Positions 53,578 through 62,975 of a stretch of 64,000 nucleotides of DNA are shown here, one piece after another. The notes below the pieces were generated by a model that did not search any database, had not been told where the DNA came from, and worked only from the letters and a program-made list of their open reading frames with translations. Origin of the DNA: an uncultured delta proteobacterium (GTDB taxonomy: Bacteria; Myxococcota; Myxococcia; Myxococcales; Myxococcaceae); NCBI GenBank assembly GCA_963796055.1, contig CAWCKH010000004.1:2720001-2784000 (forward strand), read 5' to 3'. The position numbers were made by a program, and so were the translations under genes. The stretch's first letter is position 1. Each line of letters opens with the position of its first letter.

Positions 53578-54616
53578 ATGCCTCCCCGCGCCACCACCAT
53601 CGCCTTCGACGTCATGGGCAGTGACCACGGCCCGGCCGAGGTGGTGCGGGGCGCGGCCGCGCTCTCGCTGGAGGCCCCGCACGTCCACGCCCTGCTGGTG
53701 GGCGACGCACAGCAGATCGACCAGATCCTCGCCGAGACCCGCCACAGCGGCGAGCGCATCAGCGTGCACCACGCGCCGGACTTCGTCGGGATGCACGAGA
53801 AGCCCTCCGAGGCATTGGGGCGTGCCCCGAACGCCTCCATCGTCGTGGCCACCCAGCTGGTGGCCGAGGGAGAGGCGGACGCGGTGGTCACCGCGGGGAA
53901 CACCGGAGCCGGAGTGCTCGCCTGCGCCCGGACCTTTCGCCTCATCCCCGGCGTGCGGCGTGCGGCGCTGGCCAGCGTCTACCCCACCCGCGCCTGGCAC
54001 GGCGCCAAGCAGGATCCGTTCAGCCTCATCCTCGACGTGGGGGCGACGGTCGACGCCACCGCCGACGATCTCGGTCACCTTCGCGGTGATGGGCTCGGCC
54101 TACGCGCGCATCATCAGCAAGAACCCCAACCCCTCGGTCGCCCTGCTCTCCAATGGGACCGAGGCCACCAAGGGCCCGCCGCGGGTGGTGGAGGCCCATG
54201 CCAGGCTGGCCCGGCACCCGGGCATCCGCTTCGTGGGAAACGTCGAGGGAGTGGATATCCCCAAGGGAACCGCCGACGTCATCGTCTGCGACGGCTTCGT
54301 GGGCAACATCTGCCTGAAGATGCTGGAGGGCGTGGCCGAGACGGTGGTGGAGCTGGCCAACTACGCCTACCACTCCGCTCTGCGCTGGAAGGTCGGTCTG
54401 GCCATGCTGAGCAACGGCCTGAAGCAGCTGAAGGACGTCACCGACTGGCAGCAGTACGGCGGGGCGCCGGTGCTGGGATTCGATCGGTTGTTCATCAAGG
54501 CCCACGGTCGCTCGAAGGCGCGGGCCATCGCCAACGCGGGAAAGGTCGCCGCCAAGGCCGTGACCTCGGACCTCGCCCAAGCCATCCGGGAGGGGCTGTC
54601 GCCGGCCGGCTCCTGA
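53578..54616 (+). CDS. plsX: Phosphate acyltransferase PlsX, with a +1 frameshift at 54073-54074
   Basis: IAFDVMGSDHGP, VTAGNTGA, LDVGAT in one frame; FAVMG...LLSNGTE..KG, GNVEG, DVIVCDGFVGNICLK, YGGAPVLG, KAHGRS in the next. The span is 1039 nt (3n+1); the junction reads GAT CTC G GTC ACC TTC. Confidence 0.9.
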
Positions 54617-54619
54617 CCG

Positions 54620-55672
54620 ATGGCTCTCCCGGACCGCATCGACCCGCGGCCGCCCCGTCGCATCTACCGCTGGGACCTGGACAAGACGTACCTCCAGACC
54701 GAGTTCGACACCTTCAGCCAGCTGGTCCGGACCGCGCTGCAGAAGGCGAGCGAGAAGCAGGCGGTGCCCGGCGCGGCGGCCCTCATCCGCGAGCTCCGCG
54801 CCCAGGGCGACACCCGGCTGTGCATCATCTCCGGCAGCCCCACACAGATGCGGAACGTGCTCGAGGCCAAGCTCAAGCTCGACGGTGTGGAGTGGGACGA
54901 GCTGGTACTCAAGGACAACGTTCGCAACCTGCTCCGGGGCCGCTTCCGCGCGCTGCGAGGGCAGGTCGGCTACAAGCTCCCGGTCCTTCTGGAGAGCCGG
55001 ATCCACGCCCCGGTGGAGGCCGAGGAGGTGCTCTTCGGCGACGACGCCGAGGCCGACGCCTTCATCTACTCCCTCTACGCCGACCTCATCGCCGGCCGGG
55101 TGGACGAGGCGGTGCTCGGGCAGGTGCTCGAGGCGGCGCAGGTCTACCCGGACGACCGCGCGCGCATCGTGGCCGCCTGGCGCGCAGTGCCCCGGGCGGA
55201 CCCGGTGCGACGCATCTTCATCCACCTCGACCGGCTCACCCCGCCGGCGTACTTCGCGCGCTACGGGCCCCGGGTGGTGCCGGTGTTCAACTACTTCCAG
55301 GCGGCCCTGGTGCTCCTCGCCGACGGGGAGCTCAACCCCGGCCAGGTCGCCCGGGTGGCGGTGGAGATGGTCCAGACCGCCGGGCACAACCTCCTCACCC
55401 TCAGCAACTCGTTCCAGGACCTCGTCCGCCGCGGGCTCCCCATCCAGGCCGTGGCGGCGCCGCTGCTCCAGGCGCTGGAGGGGGCGCTGCAGGGGCCGGA
55501 GGCGGTGCTCCAGGCCTTCCGGCCGCTGCCGGACATCGTCAAGGCCTTCACCCGCCGGGTGGCCGCGCTCGGCGCCACCCCGCCGCCGCCGGAGGCGCGC
55601 CCCATCGACTACCTGAGCGTGCTCGACGACGCGCGCCCCAGGACCCACCGCCCGCGGAAGAGGTCGTCGTGA
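54620..55672 (+). CDS. HAD-like phosphatase, App1/phosphatidate-phosphatase-like
   Basis: WDLDKT (DxDxT), VPG, ISGSP, conserved Lys (GYK), FGDDAEAD; starts 3 nt after the plsX stop. Confidence 0.65.
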   Translation: MALPDRIDPRPPRRIYRWDLDKTYLQTEFDTFSQLVRTALQKASEKQAVPGAAALIRELRAQGDTRLCIISGSPTQMRNVLEAKLKLDGVEWDELVLKDNVRNLLRGRFRALRGQVGYKLPVLLESRIHAPVEAEEVLFGDDAEADAFIYSLYADLIAGRVDEAVLGQVLEAAQVYPDDRARIVAAWRAVPRADPVRRIFIHLDRLTPPAYFARYGPRVVPVFNYFQAALVLLADGELNPGQVARVAVEMVQTAGHNLLTLSNSFQDLVRRGLPIQAVAAPLLQALEGALQGPEAVLQAFRPLPDIVKAFTRRVAALGATPPPPEARPIDYLSVLDDARPRTHRPRKRSS

Positions 55673-55729
55673 CCCGGACTTGAGCGGCCCAGCCGGGCAG
55701 AGGCACGCTCCGTTGCGGGTTCCATCGTC

Positions 55730-57610
55730 ATGCCCACGCCCCCCCCGACCCGCAAAGAGCGTCGCTGGCCCTGGCTGGTCGTGCTGGTGGGGCTCGTCGC
55801 CGTGCTCTTCGTCCTTCTCCGCCACGAGGCGCCCACACCCGAGGGCGAGGCGAACGGCCGGCCTGCGCCTTCCGACCGACCTTCGACCTCCGCCGGTCAA
55901 GCCGTTCCGCGGAGTCCCGACACCTCGGCCTCCCCGGGCGCCGTGGCGGTGGAGCCCAGGCCCGCATTGCCCCCGTTCACCGGCCGTGTCGTCTCCGCCG
56001 ACGACGGTCGGCCGGTGGTCGGGGCCGAGGTGACCTTCTTCGCCCCCGAGGGTGCCACTTCGGTGCGCTCGGGGCCGGACGGTCGCTTCCGGCTCGTCCC
56101 CTCCCGCCCCGGCCCGCACCAGCTCGCGGCGGTGATCGCCGAGGGCTACGTTCCGTTCGGCCCGGAGTGGGGGCAGAGCCCCATCCGGCTGGTCGCGCCC
56201 GCGCCAGCCGGCACGCCGGAGCTCGTCGTGCCGCTCGAGCCCGAGGTGCAGCTGACCGGCCGGGTGGAGGCCGCCGAGGGTGGATCGCCGATCGCCGGAG
56301 CGACCGTGGTGCTCCGCGTCCCGGGTACCCAGCCGGGGCTGCTGAGCCCGGAGCGACAGTGGACCACCGACGCGCAGGGAGCGTTCTCGGGCGCGGCGCC
56401 GGCCGAGGCCGTGCTGGTGGCCCACGCGCCCGGGTTCGCCCCGGCCACCGAGGCGCTCCGCGGCGGCGGCCGCCTCCGGACCGTCACCCTCCGGCTCAAG
56501 CCCGCGCCCGAGGACGCCGCGCCGGAGAAGAGCCTCGCCGGGCAGGTGGTGGAGCCGAGCGGCGCGCCGGTGCCCGAAGCGGTGGTGGCGCTCGGCGGGG
56601 GGCGCGGGAAAGGACGGGGCGGCGGCGCACTCCTGCCCGCACCGGTGAGGACGGATGCCGAGGGCCGCTTCCGGTTCCAGTCAGTCCCGGCGCAGGTCGG
56701 GTGGGCGCAGGCCTGGGCCGGTGAGCTCCTCTCGGAGCGGATGGCCGTCGAGCCGGGCGACGCCGAGGTGGTCCTCACCGTGCGGCCCGGCGGCGTGCTC
56801 GCCGGTCGCGTCCTGCACGCGGACGGGCGACCGGCGACGGCGTTCGCGCTGCAGCTGGTGCGGCTGCGGCGGGCCGAGCCGGTGCGGACGCTCTCCATCG
56901 TCGACCCCGAGGGGCGCTGGGAGGTGCGGGGCCTCGGCGCGGGGGCGTGGGAGCTGCAGGCGCTCGCCGCCGACAGTGGTCCCTCGGAGCGGGTGCGGGT
57001 CGAGCTCCCGGCCAGCCCCGGCGCCCGGGTGGAGAAGGAGCTCCGGTTGCGCGCCGGCCGGCGACTGGTGGGCGTGGTCCGGGACGGGAGCAGCCGCGCC
57101 GCGGTGGCCGGCGCCCACGTGGCGATCGAGGCCTCGCCCGGCGAGGAGTCGGTCCTGGTCCGCACCGGCGCGTTCACCACCCCCGACGGGAGGTTCGAGC
57201 TCGAAGGGTTGCCCGACGCGCCGGTGAGCATCTCGGTCGAGGCGGACCACTACAACCGCCGCATCGTCACCCTGGCCCGCGGCAGGACCGAGGTCGAGGT
57301 CGCCTTGCGGCCCCTGGCCATGGATCAGACGCCGACCACGGACCTGGTGGGCATCGGGGCGGTGGTGAAACGGGTCGACGACGGGCTGGTGCTCGGGAAT
57401 CTGATGGCCTCGGGTGGGGCGGCGGCGGCGGGGCTCCACCAGGGTGATGTCGTGCTCCGGGTCGACGGGCAGGCAATCGCCGAGCTCGGCTTCGTCGACG
57501 CCATCCAGCGCCTCCGGGGCGAGGAGGGGACCGTCGTCCGGCTCGAGATCCGCCGTGCCGACGGAACGACCGCGACCGTGGACGTGGTGCGGCGGCCGGT
57601 CAGCTTCTGA
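55730..57610 (+). CDS. Membrane-anchored protein with repeated carboxypeptidase-regulatory-like beta-sandwiches and a C-terminal PDZ domain
   Basis: N-terminal TM; five GRVV...G.P/TD..G.F repeats; GIGAVV...AAAAGLHQGDVVLRVDG...LRGEEGT.V PDZ. Confidence 0.8.
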   Translation: MPTPPPTRKERRWPWLVVLVGLVAVLFVLLRHEAPTPEGEANGRPAPSDRPSTSAGQAVPRSPDTSASPGAVAVEPRPALPPFTGRVVSADDGRPVVGAEVTFFAPEGATSVRSGPDGRFRLVPSRPGPHQLAAVIAEGYVPFGPEWGQSPIRLVAPAPAGTPELVVPLEPEVQLTGRVEAAEGGSPIAGATVVLRVPGTQPGLLSPERQWTTDAQGAFSGAAPAEAVLVAHAPGFAPATEALRGGGRLRTVTLRLKPAPEDAAPEKSLAGQVVEPSGAPVPEAVVALGGGRGKGRGGGALLPAPVRTDAEGRFRFQSVPAQVGWAQAWAGELLSERMAVEPGDAEVVLTVRPGGVLAGRVLHADGRPATAFALQLVRLRRAEPVRTLSIVDPEGRWEVRGLGAGAWELQALAADSGPSERVRVELPASPGARVEKELRLRAGRRLVGVVRDGSSRAAVAGAHVAIEASPGEESVLVRTGAFTTPDGRFELEGLPDAPVSISVEADHYNRRIVTLARGRTEVEVALRPLAMDQTPTTDLVGIGAVVKRVDDGLVLGNLMASGGAAAAGLHQGDVVLRVDGQAIAELGFVDAIQRLRGEEGTVVRLEIRRADGTTATVDVVRRPVSF

Positions 57611-58619
57611 CCAGCACCCCGCGCGGGGTGAGGGGCCGGTCGCGCGGCAGCAGCTGCTCTTCCTGGTACCACCGGAGCGCGTCGCGGATGCCGTGGCGCA
57701 CCGGGCGCGGGCGGTAGCCCAGCGTGCGCTCTGCGCGGGCAGAGCTCACGTAGGTGGGCTCGAAGAGCTGCCGCAGAAACGGCGTGTTCACCCAGCCGAG
57801 TCGCGCGGAGGAGAGGACTCCCAGCACGTCGCCGGTGCGCCCCAGGGCCCGCGCCGCCCAGCGGGGGAGAGAGACGGCGGGTGCGCGCTGACCGCACTCC
57901 TCCGCGACCTGGGCGAGGAACTCGCGGTGGGTGAGGTTCTCGCCTCCGAGGATGTAGCGCGTCCGCGACCGGCCGGCCCGCATGGCCAGCACCAGGCCAC
58001 CGGCCACGTCGTCCGCGTTCACGAAGTTCGCCCCACCGGGCGGGTAGGCCAGCACCACGCCCGAGGCGACCAGCCGGACCACCTCGGCGCTGGTGGCGCC
58101 CGTCCCGTAGGCGCCGACGACGAAGGTGGGATTGCAGACGACGACCTCGAGGCCTCCCCAGTCGCCGAGCGCGATCTCCTCCGCGGCGCGCTTGCTCTCG
58201 GCGTAGGGCGTGCTGCTCTCCGGTGGCGGCCCCTCCTCGGTGGCGGGACGGTCGAGCGTTCCGTGCCCCACCGCGACGCTGGAGGAGACGTGCACCAGCC
58301 GGCGTACCCCGGCGCTGCGTGCCGCCTGGAGCACCTGCCGCGTGCCCTCGACGTTGATGGTCCAGAGCAGCAGCCGCCCCGCATCGTCGAAGCGGACGTG
58401 TCCGGCGGCGTGGAACACCCGCTGCACCCCGTTCATTGCCTTGGCCAGCGAGTGCGCGTCGCGCACGTCCCCCGACACCCGCTCCACGTCCAGCCCGGCG
58501 AGGGGTCGGGCGTCGGAACCCGGTGCGAGCAGCACGCGCGGACGCTCCCCGGCCCGGAGGAGGGTACGGACCAGGTTTGCTCCGATGAGTCCGGTGGCGC
58601 CCGTCAGGAGCGTTCGCAT
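57600..58619 (-). CDS. NAD-dependent epimerase/dehydratase (HpnA / dihydroflavonol reductase-like)
   Basis: TGATGLIG, VFHAAG, NVEGT, HVSS, YAESK (YxxxK), RYILGGENL. Confidence 0.9.
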   Translation of the reverse strand: MRTLLTGATGLIGANLVRTLLRAGERPRVLLAPGSDARPLAGLDVERVSGDVRDAHSLAKAMNGVQRVFHAAGHVRFDDAGRLLLWTINVEGTRQVLQAARSAGVRRLVHVSSSVAVGHGTLDRPATEEGPPPESSTPYAESKRAAEEIALGDWGGLEVVVCNPTFVVGAYGTGATSAEVVRLVASGVVLAYPPGGANFVNADDVAGGLVLAMRAGRSRTRYILGGENLTHREFLAQVAEECGQRAPAVSLPRWAARALGRTGDVLGVLSSARLGWVNTPFLRQLFEPTYVSSARAERTLGYRPRPVRHGIRDALRWYQEEQLLPRDRPLTPRGVLVRS

Positions 58620-58672
58620 GGTATAGACGCGTGCCCTTCAAAGCCCGCTCCGACCCGGGGCGTCAATCGCTG

Positions 58673-60304
58673 ATGACGGACGATCCCAACGCCCCCGAAA
58701 CACCCGTTGCCTCCGCACGCCCTCAGGACGCGCTCGGCGAGGAGCCCGGGGACCCGGAGCCGGAGGCCGGGCTCGAGGCCGACGAGCTGGAGGACGACGA
58801 GGAGGCGGAAGACGACGAGGCGGCGGATCCGCTCGCCGGGCCGGTTCCCGAGCCGCCTCCGCCGCACGACCAGAAGGAGCCCGAGCCGGTCCCTCCCGCG
58901 CTGTGGGAGAGCGACGCGGACCACCTCGATCCCACCGCCCCGGTCCCCAGAGATCACACCCCGGACATCGACCCGGAGAAGCTGGACCCGGACGCGCTCA
59001 AGGTGGTGAACCGGCTCTTGCAGTACGGGCACCAGGCCTACCTCGTCGGCGGGTGCGTGCGCGATCTCCTGGTGGGCCGGACCCCCAAGGACTTCGACGT
59101 GGCGACCAGCGCGGTGCCGAGCGAGGTGCGTGGCATCTTCCGCAACTGCCGGCTCATCGGCCGGCGGTTCCGGCTCGCCCACGTGTACTTCAAGGGCGGA
59201 AAGATCGTGGAGGTGTCCACCTTCCGCGCCAACCCCAGCGAGCTGGAGGACCCCCCGGAGAGCGGCGAGGGCGAGGAGAAGGACGACCTCCTGATCAGCG
59301 ACGACAACGTGTTCGGCAGCGCCGAGCAGGACGCCCGCCGTCGCGACTTCACCATCAACGGCCTCTTCTACGACGTGGCCCAGGGCCGGGTGATCGACTT
59401 CGTCGGCGGGCTCCGCGATCTGAAGGCCCGGGACGTGCGCACCATCGGCGATCCCGAGATCCGCCTGCGCGAGGATCCGGTCCGCATCCTGCGCGCGGTC
59501 CGCTTCGCCTGCCGCCTGGAGTTCGACATCGAGTCGCGGACCTACGCGGCGATGGAGGGCGCGGTGGAGGACCTCCCGCGCTGCGCGCCCCCCCGGCTCC
59601 TGGAGGACACCTTCCGCATTCTCCGCGGCGGGGTCAGCGCCGGTGGGCTGAATCTCTTGTCGGCGCTGGACGCCCTGAAGTTCCTGCTCCCCCCGGTGGA
59701 CGCGTGGCTGAAGGAGCGCGGCCCCGAGGGAGAGGCGCTGATGCGGGCGCACGCCGAGCGGCTGGATGCACGGGTGCGCTCGGGTGCGGTGCTCGAGGAC
59801 GCGGTGCTCCTGGCCACGCTCCTGCTCCCGCTGCTGCGCTCGGCCCCCGGTCCGTCGTCCCGACCGAGCACCGGACCGGACGAGGTTCCGGCCATCGCCT
59901 CGGGTGCTCCCGCCGAGGAGGCTGGGCCGTTGGTTCCCCCGGCGATCGAGGACCTGCTTCAAGAATTGGTGCGCACCGCGCGCCTTCCCAGGCGCATCGC
60001 CGAGCGGTGCCGGATGATTCTCCTGGCTCAGGCGACCCTCTCGGGGAAGCGGCGCCGCCGGGGCGGCCTGGCGAGCTTCCGGCGCCATCCGCTGTTCGGC
60101 GAGGCGCTCACCGTCTTCGAGCTCTCGGTCGAGGCGACCGGCGAGCACCGGGAGGCGCTGGAGGCATGGAAGGGTGGCGGCGCGCCCGTTCCCCCGGCCG
60201 GCGGGACGCCGCCCGAGGGAGGTCGCCGCCGTCGCCGACGTCGGAGGAGGGGACCCCGCCCCGGTCCGCCCTCCAGCGAGGGAGGCGGCGGGCCCGGGGC
60301 GTGA
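58673..60304 (+). CDS. pcnB: Poly(A) polymerase I
   Basis: LVGGCVRDLL...PKDFDVAT, PAP-type LIGRRFRLAHV, DARRRDFTINGLFYD, EDPVRILRAVRF; acidic N-terminus and Arg-rich C-terminus. Confidence 0.92.
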   Translation: MTDDPNAPETPVASARPQDALGEEPGDPEPEAGLEADELEDDEEAEDDEAADPLAGPVPEPPPPHDQKEPEPVPPALWESDADHLDPTAPVPRDHTPDIDPEKLDPDALKVVNRLLQYGHQAYLVGGCVRDLLVGRTPKDFDVATSAVPSEVRGIFRNCRLIGRRFRLAHVYFKGGKIVEVSTFRANPSELEDPPESGEGEEKDDLLISDDNVFGSAEQDARRRDFTINGLFYDVAQGRVIDFVGGLRDLKARDVRTIGDPEIRLREDPVRILRAVRFACRLEFDIESRTYAAMEGAVEDLPRCAPPRLLEDTFRILRGGVSAGGLNLLSALDALKFLLPPVDAWLKERGPEGEALMRAHAERLDARVRSGAVLEDAVLLATLLLPLLRSAPGPSSRPSTGPDEVPAIASGAPAEEAGPLVPPAIEDLLQELVRTARLPRRIAERCRMILLAQATLSGKRRRRGGLASFRRHPLFGEALTVFELSVEATGEHREALEAWKGGGAPVPPAGGTPPEGGRRRRRRRRRGPRPGPPSSEGGGGPGA

Positions 60305-60367
60305 CGCCACGAGTCAACGCCTTGAAGTTGCGCCGGGCGCCGTTCCGCGCCAATTGGAGCGTCTCGC

Positions 60368-61210
60368 GTGCTGAATCCCTCCTTCCTCGAAGCCTCCCTC
60401 GGGCCTTCTCGGGCGGTGCCCGGGACCGTGCCGAGCGCGCTCGGGGAGGCGGAGCTCGGCGCGTTCCTCGAGCTGCTCGCCGTACGCCGTGAGCGACCGT
60501 CGCTGCCGTTCCTGCGGCGGCTGCAGCGACGGTGCCTCACCACGGTGGCCTTCGAGAACCTGGACATCCACTGGCGGGTGCCGATCGCGCTCGACGTCGG
60601 GCGAGCCTGGGAGAAGGTCGTCCGGCGCCGGCGCGGCGGCTTCTGTTACGAGCTGAACGGCCTCTTCGGTTGGGTGCTGGAGCGGCTGGGCTTCGACGTG
60701 GCGCTGCTCTCGGGCAAGGTGTGGCGGAAGCCGACGCGGACCTGGGGCCCGGAGTATGACCACCTCGCGCTTCACGTGCGGATCGACGGTGGGGACTACC
60801 TGGTGGACGTGGGCTACGGCGACTCGTTCCGCACCCCGCTGCCGCTCCCCTCCGCGGAGCGGAGCGACGTGAGCGGCGCCTACCGGCTCTTCCCCGACGG
60901 GGGCGAGCTGCAGCTCGACCACTCCGTGGCCGGCCACTGGCGGCCGCTGTACCGGGTGTCGCTGCGGCCGCGGGCACTGGGCGAGTTCTCGGGCATGTTC
61001 CACTTTCACCAGACCAGCCCCGACTCCCCGTTCACCAACCACACCGTCTTCACCCTGGCGCGACCGTGGGGACGGAGCACGGTGACCGAGCGGTACCGGA
61101 TGGAGACCCGGGGGGCGCACACGGTGCGGCACCGGTACCGGCACAAGGACGAGTGGCTGGAGGAGCTCCGCACCCGCTTCGGGGTGAAGGGCCCGCTCGG
61201 CCCCCGCTGA
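60368..61210 (+). CDS. Arylamine N-acetyltransferase family protein
   Basis: AFENLDI, RRGGFCYELN (Cys), DHLAL (His), LVDVGYG (Asp), SPDSPF. Confidence 0.92.
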   Translation: MLNPSFLEASLGPSRAVPGTVPSALGEAELGAFLELLAVRRERPSLPFLRRLQRRCLTTVAFENLDIHWRVPIALDVGRAWEKVVRRRRGGFCYELNGLFGWVLERLGFDVALLSGKVWRKPTRTWGPEYDHLALHVRIDGGDYLVDVGYGDSFRTPLPLPSAERSDVSGAYRLFPDGGELQLDHSVAGHWRPLYRVSLRPRALGEFSGMFHFHQTSPDSPFTNHTVFTLARPWGRSTVTERYRMETRGAHTVRHRYRHKDEWLEELRTRFGVKGPLGPR

Positions 61211-61301
61211 GCCTGGTCGCTGGCGCGCTCCTGCGCGCGTGAGCATGGACGCGCGGCGCTCCTGCGCCGCTCCGCAAGCCTCCCCCTGGTGCGGGGGCTG
61301 A

Positions 61302-62519
61302 TCACTCCGGCAGGTCGAGGCGCGAGGCGCCCGCCCGGGCCCGGACCTCCTCCAGCGGGTCGTCCTCCTCCAGCGAGAGGACGTCGGCCGGCGCCACCGC
61401 ACCCCGACCGAAGCGGAGGACGATGGCGTCGAGCGCCCGGTTCAGCGCCTCCGAGCGCCGGGGTGGCTCGCCGAACAGCCCCAGCTGCGCATCCCCGGCG
61501 CCGTCGAGCTCCTGGGCGGACACGCCGGTCAGGCGCACTGGCCGCTGCAGGGGCACCCGCTCGAGCAGCTCGAGCGCCCGGCGGTAGAGCTCCTGGCCAT
61601 CGTCGGTGGAACGGTCGAGCGTGCAGCGGCGCGTCTGCAGGGTGAAGTCGTCGAGCTTCAGCTTCAGCTGCACCACCCGGGTGCGCAGCCCGGCCTTCCG
61701 CAGCCGCCGGCCGACCCGGAGCGCCTGTGCGTGCAGCCGCGGCCGGAGGACCTCGGGGTCCGACACATCCTCCTCGAAGGTATCCTCGGCCCCGATGCTC
61801 TTGCTGCTCCGGTCCGGGACCACCGGCCGGTCGTCCTCTCCGCGGGCGAGTCCGGCGAGGTGCGTGCCCGTGTCGCCGAGCCGTGCGGCGAGCCACCCGG
61901 GGTCGCGGTCCGCGAGGTCGCCGACGCGTCGGACCCCGAGCTGGTGCAGCCGGGCCTCGAGCTTGGGCCCCACGCCCCAGAGCCTGCCGACGCTGAGACC
62001 CGCCAGGAAGCTCCGCGTCTCCTCGGGTCGGACCTCCCGCTGGCCGTTGGGCTTGGCGACGTCCGAGGCGATCTTCGCCACGAACTTGCAGCTGGCGATG
62101 CCCGCAGAGGCCGGCAGCCCGACCTCGGCGGCGATCTCCCGACGGAGCCGCCCGGCGATCTCCCCGGGTGGCCCGAAGAGACCCTGGGAGGCGGTCACGT
62201 CCAGGAAGGCCTCGTCGAGCGAGAGCGGCTCGATGAGTGGAGTGTAGCGTTCGAGGATCGAGAACACCTGCTCGCTGGCCTCGGCGTAGGCCGAGAAGCG
62301 GGGGGGCACGACGACGGCCCCCGGCGCGAGCACCAGCGCCCGGGCCATCGGAATCGCGCTCCGGACGCCGAAGGGCCGCACCTCGTAGCTCGCGGCCAGC
62401 ACCACCCCGCGGCGGGGATGGCCCCCCACGATGACCGGCCGGCCGCGGAGCTCGGGCCGGTCGCGTTGCTCGACGGACGCGTAGAAGGCGTCCATGTCCA
62501 CGTGGAGGATGGCCCGCAT
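61302..62519 (-). CDS. dinB: DNA polymerase IV
   Basis: ILHVDMDAFYASVE, ASYEVR.FGVRSA, SLDEAFLD, AKIASD..KPNG, WGVG, KSIGAEDTF, VRLTGV. Confidence 0.95.
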   Translation of the reverse strand: MRAILHVDMDAFYASVEQRDRPELRGRPVIVGGHPRRGVVLAASYEVRPFGVRSAIPMARALVLAPGAVVVPPRFSAYAEASEQVFSILERYTPLIEPLSLDEAFLDVTASQGLFGPPGEIAGRLRREIAAEVGLPASAGIASCKFVAKIASDVAKPNGQREVRPEETRSFLAGLSVGRLWGVGPKLEARLHQLGVRRVGDLADRDPGWLAARLGDTGTHLAGLARGEDDRPVVPDRSSKSIGAEDTFEEDVSDPEVLRPRLHAQALRVGRRLRKAGLRTRVVQLKLKLDDFTLQTRRCTLDRSTDDGQELYRRALELLERVPLQRPVRLTGVSAQELDGAGDAQLGLFGEPPRRSEALNRALDAIVLRFGRGAVAPADVLSLEEDDPLEEVRARAGASRLDLPE

Positions 62520-62566
62520 GCGGTGGGCACCCTACCGCGGCGGACCCATCCCTGGCCCCGGGGAGC

Positions 62567-62884
62567 CTACGCGCCGAGGAGGGCGACGATCACCCGGTGC
62601 GCGCAGGCCACGTCCTCGTTGGGCCGCCGGGCGAGCAGGTCGCAGATCCGGTCGGCGAGGAAGGAACCAGGCGCCTCGTACCCGCCGAAGAGCGAGTGCA
62701 ACGAGATCTCCATGCCCGCAGCGAGCTTGGCCACGCTCCTCAGCGAAGGGCTGAGCTGACCTCGCTCGATGCGTCGCACGCTGTCCACCGCCAGACCGGC
62801 CCGGGTCGCCAGCTCAGCCTGGGTGAGCCGGTGGTCCTCGCGGAGCCGGCGGATGTAGCGCCCGAACCGTCGCGCATCGTCCAC
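62567..62884 (-). CDS. XRE-family HTH transcriptional regulator
   Basis: GGAGG RBS before GTG 62884; FGRYIRRLREDHRLTQAELATRAGLAVDSVRRIERGQLSPSL. Confidence 0.88.
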   Translation of the reverse strand: MDDARRFGRYIRRLREDHRLTQAELATRAGLAVDSVRRIERGQLSPSLRSVAKLAAGMEISLHSLFGGYEAPGSFLADRICDLLARRPNEDVACAHRVIVALLGA

Positions 62885-62945
62885 GTCGAACCTCCCTGCA
62901 GACCAGGGTAGGGGCGGAGTTCCAGGGCGTGGAGACTTGACGGGC

Positions 62946-62960
62946 GCAGGGCGCGTGCCA
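62946..62960 (-). promoter_or_regulatory. Candidate sigma54 promoter upstream of XRE-dinB
   Basis: Minus strand TGGCACGCGCCCTGC: perfect -24 element, correct GG-N10-GC spacing, one mismatch at -12. Confidence 0.5.
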
Positions 62961-62975
62961 GCCGGCCGGTGTCCG

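Noticed and set aside
57600..58619. Hopanoid biosynthesis locus (hpnA)
   Set aside because: Only the generic epimerase/dehydratase fold is supported; no shc or other hpn genes are adjacent.
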